From Naegleria gruberi (Eukaryota), in the NCBI GenBank assembly GCA_000004985.1, contig GG739046.1: a DNA stretch of 9,122 bases; one strand, 5' to 3'. The notes below the pieces were generated by a model, which saw only the letters and a program-made list of their open reading frames with translations, did no database searches and was not told where the DNA came from. The stretch's first letter is position 1. Each line of letters starts with the position of its first letter. The translations under genes and the position numbers were made by a program. This document shows, piece after piece, positions 1-7,898 of this stretch.

Positions 1-144
1 TTGTTCTTCTTCGTGTCTNGAACAGGAGGAGGTGAAGGCATAGCAGAACTATCAGATGAATTTGAGGTGGAAGGAGTTAGAACAATGACTCGTTGCTCAC
101 TACCTGCAGAAGGTGAGCTAAGGTCTTTCGTTTTCTTGTTGTAG
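1..144 (+). CDS. 3' end of unidentified protein-coding gene, partial and running off the window start. It is open from base 1 in frame 1 and stops with TAG at 142..144. An alternative ending uses donor GT at 113 and acceptor AG at 143..144 (32-nt intron); the ORF then ends ...AEVGVGYKC* with TAA at 165..167
   Basis: Frame 1 has no stop for 47 codons from the window edge. GC content is clearly higher in 20..112 than in the very AT-rich flank from 170 to 830. An AATAAA at 166..171 follows the ORF end. No recognisable domain; the translation LFFFVSxTGGGEGIAELSDEFEVEGVRTMTRCSLPAEG is acidic and low-complexity. Confidence 0.3.
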   Translation: MFFFVSXTGGGEGIAELSDEFEVEGVRTMTRCSLPAEGELRSFVFLL

Positions 145-165
145 TTGGTGTTGGGTATAAATGCT

Positions 166-171
166 AATAAA
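166..171 (+). promoter_or_regulatory. Putative polyadenylation signal (AATAAA) for the left-edge plus-strand gene
   Basis: Canonical AATAAA overlapping or just after the candidate stop codons at 142..144 and 165..167. Confidence 0.25.
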
Positions 172-321
172 GATTTATATCCATTAAAGCAGGTCTTGGC
201 TGAATCACCTTAATGGTGAAACAGTCCCTGAGCTTTAATACCCATTAGTACAATTACTTGTTCTCAATCTTGATTTATTAATTTGCAATGTAACATGTGT
301 AAGTCCAGACTTTGATGAATT

Positions 322-369
322 TTTATAATGGTGGCTATAAATTAACTATGATAAATATTTATAATGGTG
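322..369. repeat. Short direct repeat TTTATAATGGTG at 322..333 and 358..369. A third copy of the TAATGGTGA core lies at 211..219
   Basis: Exact 12-mer read twice, 36 bp apart, in the non-coding stretch 3' of the transposase ORF. A 9-mer core TAATGGTGA is shared with 211..219. Significance is marginal in AT-rich DNA. Confidence 0.3.
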
Positions 370-813
370 ACCCTTATTAAAGTCTAAGGTAACTTCGGCG
401 GAATTGGTTTTGTTTGGTCTTTTCGGAATAATTTATAGTGGAGATTAAATAAAGATTTTTTGTTTGGTTCTATCTAAATTACTATTGCTTAACAATACTT
501 TCATTATTTCGTAAGAAAAAACAATTCATTAATTTATAAAACAAACTTTAATAAGCAATATTTGTTTAGGACCGACAAAACAAAAGGAATTTTATTTTAC
601 CTTTTCCAATATCCTTTCCAACACAACACAACCAAATGTGTATTGTTTTGATAACCCATTAACACTTTGGCGAGACGAAGTTTGGATACGGGCGAGCATG
701 TGAAATTTGAATCATTTTCAATACAACCTAAGATAATGAGAATTAGTCAAGCTGCTCTTTGTTTGGAACTATATCCGGCTCGACACTGGAAAAAAAATAA
801 AACTGTTTTTGTT

Positions 814-819
814 TTTATT
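814..819 (-). promoter_or_regulatory. Putative polyadenylation signal (AATAAA on minus strand) 16 nt downstream of the transposase stop codon
   Basis: Plus-strand TTTATT at 814..819 is AATAAA on the minus strand, directly after the TAA stop (835..837) of the transposase ORF. Confidence 0.3.
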
Positions 820-834
820 GGAAAACTTTGTTAA

Positions 835-1749
835 TTATTTGGATGGGTGTTCGCAAAGGGTATCATTATGTAAAGCACACATCCAGTAACCACATTGGGT
901 ACATTTTGTGTGCACTCTTGAGTTGTTACAGTAGTGGCAATTGTGGTAATGATGATCATTGACTTTTACATGTGTATGGGGCTGAGTCAATTTTCTCCCT
1001 ACATTATCAACTTGAGCACCACCTTTTCTTGCTAATTCAATAGCAAGCATCGAGAGGTACGAAACTAATGTTGTGTTGGGGTCGACAGCTTCCTTGTAAA
1101 AGATCCAACAATTTGTGACTGCTACTCGAAAAATTCCGAACCAAGCTGCATTTGTCCACCTATGCATCCGATGTGATCCATTGTAAAGATGGGCATACCG
1201 ATCAGACACATCCACATTAACATGGTTCTGCTCATACACTGCCTTCACACTAGGGTGTTCATTTCCTCTAGTTTTGGTTTGTTCAATAGATACTTCATTT
1301 GTTACAAAGTTTACAACTTTTTTATCAGAAAATCTAATAACAACAAAATCACCATTAGTGACCGAAACCCAATCACCTTTTTCCAATGTATACTCATTGA
1401 GTATCTGGTTACATGGTTTTCCAAGTCGATTACTCATGCAGTTCATTGTGAAACGAAATCCCATTAAATTCAAAACTGCAGCCGTCTTGTAGTGCCCGAA
1501 GTAAGAATCAACACAAATACTATAATTTCTGGATGGTAGGGCTTGTACAAAATCCCAGACAAGTATATGGACAGGTGGTTGATGACCACAGTATGGCCAA
1601 AGACGATACACGAACCATTTACTATCTGACATTAAATAAAGCTTCACACCAGTGTTAGTGGGTTTTCCTTTAATGTGTTGTTTAAAGCGATACCTACCAT
1701 CAAATTCTATCAATGTTTCATCGACAGCAATTCTTCGGAAGGATCCAAA
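835..1749 (-). CDS. piggyBac-family transposase (DDE_Tnp_1_7), C-terminal ~300 aa including stop. An in-frame TGA at 1750..1752 and a frame change upstream split it from the next segment
   Basis: The translation aligns from memory with Trichoplusia ni piggyBac transposase. RRIAVDETLIEFDGRYRFKQHIKGKPTNTGVKLYLMSDS matches HLTIDEQLLGFRGRCPFRMYIPNKPSKYGIKILMMCDS. ICVDSYFGH matches ITCDNWFTS, the 2nd catalytic Asp, encoded at 1507..1509. QNHVNVDVSDRY matches NQTKGGVDTLDQM, the 3rd catalytic Asp, encoded at 1210..1212. RWTNAAWFGIFRVAVTNCWIFY matches RWPMALLYGMINIACINSFIIY. The C-terminal Cys-rich domain CHYCNNSRVHTKCTQCGYWMCALHNDTLCEH (about 838..950) matches CTYCPSKIRRKANASCKKCKKVICREHNIDMC. Confidence 0.85.
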   Translation of the reverse strand, partial: FGSFRRIAVDETLIEFDGRYRFKQHIKGKPTNTGVKLYLMSDSKWFVYRLWPYCGHQPPVHILVWDFVQALPSRNYSICVDSYFGHYKTAAVLNLMGFRFTMNCMSNRLGKPCNQILNEYTLEKGDWVSVTNGDFVVIRFSDKKVVNFVTNEVSIEQTKTRGNEHPSVKAVYEQNHVNVDVSDRYAHLYNGSHRMHRWTNAAWFGIFRVAVTNCWIFYKEAVDPNTTLVSYLSMLAIELARKGGAQVDNVGRKLTQPHTHVKVNDHHYHNCHYCNNSRVHTKCTQCGYWMCALHNDTLCEHPSK

Positions 1750-1962
1750 TCACCTTGGAAATTATATTAAATATTCTTGTAAAATGATGAGGGTTTGCTC
1801 TGAAGTGTCTATTGATGTAAAGAAAGTCATCTCGGTTGTTCCAAATATTCTTGATGAATTGGTTACTGGTCAGAAGTGATGTAGAGAAGTATAAATCCAA
1901 CTCAGGAAGAGGAGCGAGCATTATTGTGATAATAGTTGCAAAATAGAGGTAAATGTCAGACA
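1721..1962 (-). CDS. piggyBac-family transposase, central segment in a frame offset by one nucleotide from the C-terminal segment. It continues 5' into the assembly gap; the N-terminus and first catalytic Asp are not visible
   Basis: The minus-strand translation reads SDIYLYFATIITIMLAPLPELDLYFSTSLLTSNQFIKNIWNNRDDFLYINRHFRANPHHFTRIFNIISKVIWILPKNCCR*. It aligns with piggyBac EDEIYAFFGILVMTAV...SRDRFDFLIRCLRMDD...FTPVRKIWDLFIHQCIQNY. The reading frame switches to that of 835..1749 within about 1725..1745, so as assembled the gene carries one 1-nt indel. Confidence 0.7.
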
Positions 1963-4900
1963 NNNNNNNNNNNNNNNNNNNNNNNNNNNNNNNNNNNNNN
2001 NNNNNNNNNNNNNNNNNNNNNNNNNNNNNNNNNNNNNNNNNNNNNNNNNNNNNNNNNNNNNNNNNNNNNNNNNNNNNNNNNNNNNNNNNNNNNNNNNNNN
2101 NNNNNNNNNNNNNNNNNNNNNNNNNNNNNNNNNNNNNNNNNNNNNNNNNNNNNNNNNNNNNNNNNNNNNNNNNNNNNNNNNNNNNNNNNNNNNNNNNNNN
2201 NNNNNNNNNNNNNNNNNNNNNNNNNNNNNNNNNNNNNNNNNNNNNNNNNNNNNNNNNNNNNNNNNNNNNNNNNNNNNNNNNNNNNNNNNNNNNNNNNNNN
2301 NNNNNNNNNNNNNNNNNNNNNNNNNNNNNNNNNNNNNNNNNNNNNNNNNNNNNNNNNNNNNNNNNNNNNNNNNNNNNNNNNNNNNNNNNNNNNNNNNNNN
2401 NNNNNNNNNNNNNNNNNNNNNNNNNNNNNNNNNNNNNNNNNNNNNNNNNNNNNNNNNNNNNNNNNNNNNNNNNNNNNNNNNNNNNNNNNNNNNNNNNNNN
2501 NNNNNNNNNNNNNNNNNNNNNNNNNNNNNNNNNNNNNNNNNNNNNNNNNNNNNNNNNNNNNNNNNNNNNNNNNNNNNNNNNNNNNNNNNNNNNNNNNNNN
2601 NNNNNNNNNNNNNNNNNNNNNNNNNNNNNNNNNNNNNNNNNNNNNNNNNNNNNNNNNNNNNNNNNNNNNNNNNNNNNNNNNNNNNNNNNNNNNNNNNNNN
2701 NNNNNNNNNNNNNNNNNNNNNNNNNNNNNNNNNNNNNNNNNNNNNNNNNNNNNNNNNNNNNNNNNNNNNNNNNNNNNNNNNNNNNNNNNNNNNNNNNNNN
2801 NNNNNNNNNNNNNNNNNNNNNNNNNNNNNNNNNNNNNNNNNNNNNNNNNNNNNNNNNNNNNNNNNNNNNNNNNNNNNNNNNNNNNNNNNNNNNNNNNNNN
2901 NNNNNNNNNNNNNNNNNNNNNNNNNNNNNNNNNNNNNNNNNNNNNNNNNNNNNNNNNNNNNNNNNNNNNNNNNNNNNNNNNNNNNNNNNNNNNNNNNNNN
3001 NNNNNNNNNNNNNNNNNNNNNNNNNNNNNNNNNNNNNNNNNNNNNNNNNNNNNNNNNNNNNNNNNNNNNNNNNNNNNNNNNNNNNNNNNNNNNNNNNNNN
3101 NNNNNNNNNNNNNNNNNNNNNNNNNNNNNNNNNNNNNNNNNNNNNNNNNNNNNNNNNNNNNNNNNNNNNNNNNNNNNNNNNNNNNNNNNNNNNNNNNNNN
3201 NNNNNNNNNNNNNNNNNNNNNNNNNNNNNNNNNNNNNNNNNNNNNNNNNNNNNNNNNNNNNNNNNNNNNNNNNNNNNNNNNNNNNNNNNNNNNNNNNNNN
3301 NNNNNNNNNNNNNNNNNNNNNNNNNNNNNNNNNNNNNNNNNNNNNNNNNNNNNNNNNNNNNNNNNNNNNNNNNNNNNNNNNNNNNNNNNNNNNNNNNNNN
3401 NNNNNNNNNNNNNNNNNNNNNNNNNNNNNNNNNNNNNNNNNNNNNNNNNNNNNNNNNNNNNNNNNNNNNNNNNNNNNNNNNNNNNNNNNNNNNNNNNNNN
3501 NNNNNNNNNNNNNNNNNNNNNNNNNNNNNNNNNNNNNNNNNNNNNNNNNNNNNNNNNNNNNNNNNNNNNNNNNNNNNNNNNNNNNNNNNNNNNNNNNNNN
3601 NNNNNNNNNNNNNNNNNNNNNNNNNNNNNNNNNNNNNNNNNNNNNNNNNNNNNNNNNNNNNNNNNNNNNNNNNNNNNNNNNNNNNNNNNNNNNNNNNNNN
3701 NNNNNNNNNNNNNNNNNNNNNNNNNNNNNNNNNNNNNNNNNNNNNNNNNNNNNNNNNNNNNNNNNNNNNNNNNNNNNNNNNNNNNNNNNNNNNNNNNNNN
3801 NNNNNNNNNNNNNNNNNNNNNNNNNNNNNNNNNNNNNNNNNNNNNNNNNNNNNNNNNNNNNNNNNNNNNNNNNNNNNNNNNNNNNNNNNNNNNNNNNNNN
3901 NNNNNNNNNNNNNNNNNNNNNNNNNNNNNNNNNNNNNNNNNNNNNNNNNNNNNNNNNNNNNNNNNNNNNNNNNNNNNNNNNNNNNNNNNNNNNNNNNNNN
4001 NNNNNNNNNNNNNNNNNNNNNNNNNNNNNNNNNNNNNNNNNNNNNNNNNNNNNNNNNNNNNNNNNNNNNNNNNNNNNNNNNNNNNNNNNNNNNNNNNNNN
4101 NNNNNNNNNNNNNNNNNNNNNNNNNNNNNNNNNNNNNNNNNNNNNNNNNNNNNNNNNNNNNNNNNNNNNNNNNNNNNNNNNNNNNNNNNNNNNNNNNNNN
4201 NNNNNNNNNNNNNNNNNNNNNNNNNNNNNNNNNNNNNNNNNNNNNNNNNNNNNNNNNNNNNNNNNNNNNNNNNNNNNNNNNNNNNNNNNNNNNNNNNNNN
4301 NNNNNNNNNNNNNNNNNNNNNNNNNNNNNNNNNNNNNNNNNNNNNNNNNNNNNNNNNNNNNNNNNNNNNNNNNNNNNNNNNNNNNNNNNNNNNNNNNNNN
4401 NNNNNNNNNNNNNNNNNNNNNNNNNNNNNNNNNNNNNNNNNNNNNNNNNNNNNNNNNNNNNNNNNNNNNNNNNNNNNNNNNNNNNNNNNNNNNNNNNNNN
4501 NNNNNNNNNNNNNNNNNNNNNNNNNNNNNNNNNNNNNNNNNNNNNNNNNNNNNNNNNNNNNNNNNNNNNNNNNNNNNNNNNNNNNNNNNNNNNNNNNNNN
4601 NNNNNNNNNNNNNNNNNNNNNNNNNNNNNNNNNNNNNNNNNNNNNNNNNNNNNNNNNNNNNNNNNNNNNNNNNNNNNNNNNNNNNNNNNNNNNNNNNNNN
4701 NNNNNNNNNNNNNNNNNNNNNNNNNNNNNNNNNNNNNNNNNNNNNNNNNNNNNNNNNNNNNNNNNNNNNNNNNNNNNNNNNNNNNNNNNNNNNNNNNNNN
4801 NNNNNNNNNNNNNNNNNNNNNNNNNNNNNNNNNNNNNNNNNNNNNNNNNNNNNNNNNNNNNNNNNNNNNNNNNNNNNNNNNNNNNNNNNNNNNNNNNNNN

Positions 4901-6498
4901 NNNNNNNNNNNNNNNNNNNNNNNNNNNNNNNNNNNNNNNNNNNNNNNNNNNNNNNNNNNNNNNNNNNNNNNNNNNNNNNNNNNNNNNNNNNNNNNNNNNN
5001 NNNNNNNNNNNNNNNNNNNNNNNNNNNNNNNNNNNNNNNNNNNNNNNNNNNNNNNNNNNNNNNNNNNNNNNNNNNNNNNNNNNNNNNNNNNNNNNNNNNN
5101 NNNNNNNNNNNNNNNNNNNNNNNNNNNNNNNNNNNNNNNNNNNNNNNNNNNNNNNNNNNNNNNNNNNNNNNNNNNNNNNNNNNNNNNNNNNNNNNNNNNN
5201 NNNNNNNNNNNNNNNNNNNNNNNNNNNNNNNNNNNNNNNNNNNNNNNNNNNNNNNNNNNNNNNNNNNNNNNNNNNNNNNNNNNNNNNNNNNNNNNNNNNN
5301 NNNNNNNNNNNNNNNNNNNNNNNNNNNNNNNNNNNNNNNNNNNNNNNNNNNNNNNNNNNNNNNNNNNNNNNNNNNNNNNNNNNNNNNNNNNNNNNNNNNN
5401 NNNNNNNNNNNNNNNNNNNNNNNNNNNNNNNNNNNNNNNNNNNNNNNNNNNNNNNNNNNNNNNNNNNNNNNNNNNNNNNNNNNNNNNNNNNNNNNNNNNN
5501 NNNNNNNNNNNNNNNNNNNNNNNNNNNNNNNNNNNNNNNNNNNNNNNNNNNNNNNNNNNNNNNNNNNNNNNNNNNNNNNNNNNNNNNNNNNNNNNNNNNN
5601 NNNNNNNNNNNNNNNNNNNNNNNNNNNNNNNNNNNNNNNNNNNNNNNNNNNNNNNNNNNNNNNNNNNNNNNNNNNNNNNNNNNNNNNNNNNNNNNNNNNN
5701 NNNNNNNNNNNNNNNNNNNNNNNNNNNNNNNNNNNNNNNNNNNNNNNNNNNNNNNNNNNNNNNNNNNNNNNNNNNNNNNNNNNNNNNNNNNNNNNNNNNN
5801 NNNNNNNNNNNNNNNNNNNNNNNNNNNNNNNNNNNNNNNNNNNNNNNNNNNNNNNNNNNNNNNNNNNNNNNNNNNNNNNNNNNNNNNNNNNNNNNNNNNN
5901 NNNNNNNNNNNNNNNNNNNNNNNNNNNNNNNNNNNNNNNNNNNNNNNNNNNNNNNNNNNNNNNNNNNNNNNNNNNNNNNNNNNNNNNNNNNNNNNNNNNN
6001 NNNNNNNNNNNNNNNNNNNNNNNNNNNNNNNNNNNNNNNNNNNNNNNNNNNNNNNNNNNNNNNNNNNNNNNNNNNNNNNNNNNNNNNNNNNNNNNNNNNN
6101 NNNNNNNNNNNNNNNNNNNNNNNNNNNNNNNNNNNNNNNNNNNNNNNNNNNNNNNNNNNNNNNNNNNNNNNNNNNNNNNNNNNNNNNNNNNNNNNNNNNN
6201 NNNNNNNNNNNNNNNNNNNNNNNNNNNNNNNNNNNNNNNNNNNNNNNNNNNNNNNNNNNNNNNNNNNNNNNNNNNNNNNNNNNNNNNNNNNNNNNNNNNN
6301 NNNNNNNNNNNNNNNNNNNNNNNNNNNNNNNNNNNNNNNNNNNNNNNNNNNNNNNNNNNNNNNNNNNNNNNNNNNNNNNNNNNNNNNNNNNNNNNNNNNN
6401 NNNNNNNNNNNNNNNNNNNNNNNNNNNNNNNNNNNNNNNNNNNNNNNNNNNNNNNNNNNNNNNNNNNNNNNNNNNNNNNNNNNNNNNNNNNNNNNNNN
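1963..6498. other. Assembly gap (4,536 N)
   Basis: Continuous run of n. The two long X-filled ORFs in the track (1718..6574 minus, 1936..6729 plus) are artefacts of translating N. Confidence 0.99.
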
Positions 6499-6505
6499 GG
6501 GTTAA
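6499..6505. repeat. Candidate piggyBac terminal trinucleotide GGG (6499..6501) plus TTAA target site (6502..6505) at the right gap edge
   Basis: piggyBac elements insert at TTAA, and their termini read CCC.../...GGG. These are the first seven bases after the N run. Confidence 0.35.
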
Positions 6506-6560
6506 AGATACCAACACATCTTTTGGCATTACCTCAAAGTCAATTTCGTCTTTCAACCAT

Positions 6561-7286
6561 TTATAAAACCTCAATATTGAAAGGGTATCTTTTTACAATT
6601 TCTTTCATTAACTGTGTTTCAGTCATCGAATATTTCAAGGTTTTTAAATTTTTGCTCTTTGATAAGCATTTTCTCAATATATCAATATCATCTAATAAAC
6701 TTTCTCCAACAAACATAATAGTTCCATAGTTTTTCCCTAAAGATTTCATCACTATTTCCTTATCATTTCTAATATCTCTCTTACAATGCTGAAGAGAATT
6801 AGGTTTAAACTCAAGAGATGATGAAATTATTTCTGAATCAATAGTACATAAAGCAAACTTTAGAGCATCTCTATAATATTTAACAGCTTTAGAAACAAAG
6901 GTCTTTGCTTTCCACAAATCACCTTGGAAAAAAATCTTTCCCTTCTTATTCCTCAAAACTTGAATCATAAAATCCTCATCCTTTTCAAATGAGTTACCAT
7001 ATATAAAGCCGCAATCTCTCATGACATATCCTAATAAAAATTGTCTTTTCATTTCCAATGTAGGAATGGAATTAAATAATTCAGTAACACGTTTCCTTTT
7101 CATCATTTTAGAATGATGAATAATTATTAAATATTTCCAATATTCCTTCAAGTTTTGTAAAGTTTCTTCTCTTTTCTTGTTCATTGTATTCCGCAGCATA
7201 TTATACATGATGGGGGTGTTGTTTTGTCCACATTTGTATCCATCTAAAATTATCGTAACTGGTTCAGCATCTTCGTGTGATGACAT
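6561..7286 (-). CDS. DUF4116-like repeat protein, 241 aa from ATG at 7286..7284 to TAA at 6563..6561
   Basis: Open frame of 269 codons. The first ATG gives MSSHEDAEPVTIILDGYKC.... At least three repeats fit the DUF4116 consensus as I recall it (..ALQYASEELKNDKEFVLEAVKQNG.AL..): FEKDEDFMIQVLRNKKGKIFF, then DLWKAKTFVSKAVKYYRDALKFA, then SLQHCKRDIRNDKEIVMKSLGKNYGTIMFVGESLLDDIDILRKCL. An in-frame stop upstream at 7398..7400 and no good acceptor downstream of it indicate a single-exon CDS. Confidence 0.6.
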   Translation of the reverse strand: MSSHEDAEPVTIILDGYKCGQNNTPIMYNMLRNTMNKKREETLQNLKEYWKYLIIIHHSKMMKRKRVTELFNSIPTLEMKRQFLLGYVMRDCGFIYGNSFEKDEDFMIQVLRNKKGKIFFQGDLWKAKTFVSKAVKYYRDALKFALCTIDSEIISSSLEFKPNSLQHCKRDIRNDKEIVMKSLGKNYGTIMFVGESLLDDIDILRKCLSKSKNLKTLKYSMTETQLMKEIVKRYPFNIEVL

Positions 7287-7457
7287 TTTTTTATGGTTTT
7301 CATGTAAATGAACTTGCACAAGTTGAATTGTTGTGAGATTGTGAACAATAGATATTTCTCTGTTTTGCACACTTTGATTTGTTGGATTTTGTGAAAATTA
7401 ACTTGTCGAGATGATCAACTTTATTGCTCTGGAGAAAGAAACATGGACTATTCCTTA

Positions 7458-7679
7458 TTATTCTGGTTCGTTGCTTAGTTTCCTTTCTGATTCATCATTT
7501 AATTGAGAACAATATTGTTGCAAGCTTAACAAGCCTTCAGTAAATTCTTGTTCTTTCTTCTTCCGATAGTGGTCATTGATATTAAAAACACAACTTTCAA
7601 TAGTTGTAATTAAGGTATTTTTTCCAGTGCTCCCACAAGGTGAAATTAATGCATTTCCTACACTCATTGCTGAAAGCAT
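7458..7679 (-). CDS. Small ORF of 73 aa with a non-canonical Walker-A-like stretch (SPCGSTGKNT); uncertain gene
   Basis: ATG at 7679..7677, stop at 7460..7458. Codon composition looks protein-like (MLSAMSVGNALISPCGSTGKNTLITTIESCVFNINDHYRKKKEQEFTEGLLSLQQYCSQLNDESERKLSNEPE). An ORF of this length is not rare by chance in AT-rich DNA. It cannot be spliced in frame to the DUF4116 ORF because of the stop at 7398..7400. Confidence 0.25.
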   Translation of the reverse strand: MLSAMSVGNALISPCGSTGKNTLITTIESCVFNINDHYRKKKEQEFTEGLLSLQQYCSQLNDESERKLSNEPE

Positions 7680-7898
7680 TTTTTTTAATGCGATACGAAA
7701 TGGCAGTTCTTAGTATGTAACGAGATGATCTAAGGTAGAACTCTTTCTTCATAAAAGCTCTCTGAGCATGGGTGAATAGATAGTACAACAATAGGTACGA
7801 AGTAGGATAGTTTGGATTTTTGGATTTTCAAATTCTTGCTTGGAGTTTGGCAAAGTGTTGAATATTGGTGAAAGTAAAATTATATACATTTATAATAT

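Larger units (their letters stand above)
835..6501 (-). mobile_element. piggyBac-like DNA transposon, partial view. The transposase reads on the minus strand. The element's 5' end is probably at GGG 6499..6501 next to TTAA 6502..6505. The opposite end lies somewhere in 170..835 and is not identified
   Basis: Transposase homology as described for 835..1962. The sequence just right of the gap reads GGGTTAAAG, the expected ...GGG|TTAA junction for a minus-oriented piggyBac element. No exact TTAACCC exists in 1..835, so the other boundary is unresolved. Confidence 0.5.

Noticed and set aside
240-661. Repeated 8-mer ACCCATTA at 240..247 and 654..661 as possible element termini
   Set aside because: Dozens of identical 8-mer pairs are expected by chance in ~4.5 kb of real sequence, and neither copy is preceded by TTAA.
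1189-1879. Plus-strand ORFs 1189..1467, 1274..1492 and 1652..1879
   Set aside because: They lie antisense to the strongly supported transposase coding sequence and show no recognisable similarity. They are most likely chance ORFs.
1718-6729. Very long ORFs (1718..6574 minus, 1936..6729 plus, 1953..6566 plus) in the ORF track
   Set aside because: They consist almost entirely of X translated from the N run. Only their real-sequence ends carry meaning: the minus one is the transposase frame-B segment, and the plus ones are antisense to real genes.
6561-7370. Cytosolic sulfotransferase assignment, based on RNKKGKIFFQGDLWKAKTF resembling the RKGxxGDWKxxFT 3'-PB motif (and SPCGSTGK in the upstream ORF resembling PKSGTTW)
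   Set aside because: The same stretch and two flanking segments fit the DUF4116 repeat consensus much better (DLWKAKTFVSKAVKYYRDALKFA and NDKEIV...NG...). The sulfotransferase motif order and spacing are not otherwise supported.
7419-7441. Strong-looking acceptor ttctttctccag|AG on the minus strand (AG at 7430..7429) as evidence for an intron joining the 73-aa ORF to the DUF4116 gene
   Set aside because: Every frame entering from this acceptor hits a stop (e.g. TAA at 7400..7398) before reaching the DUF4116 ORF. The upstream ORF has no usable GT donor before its own stop.
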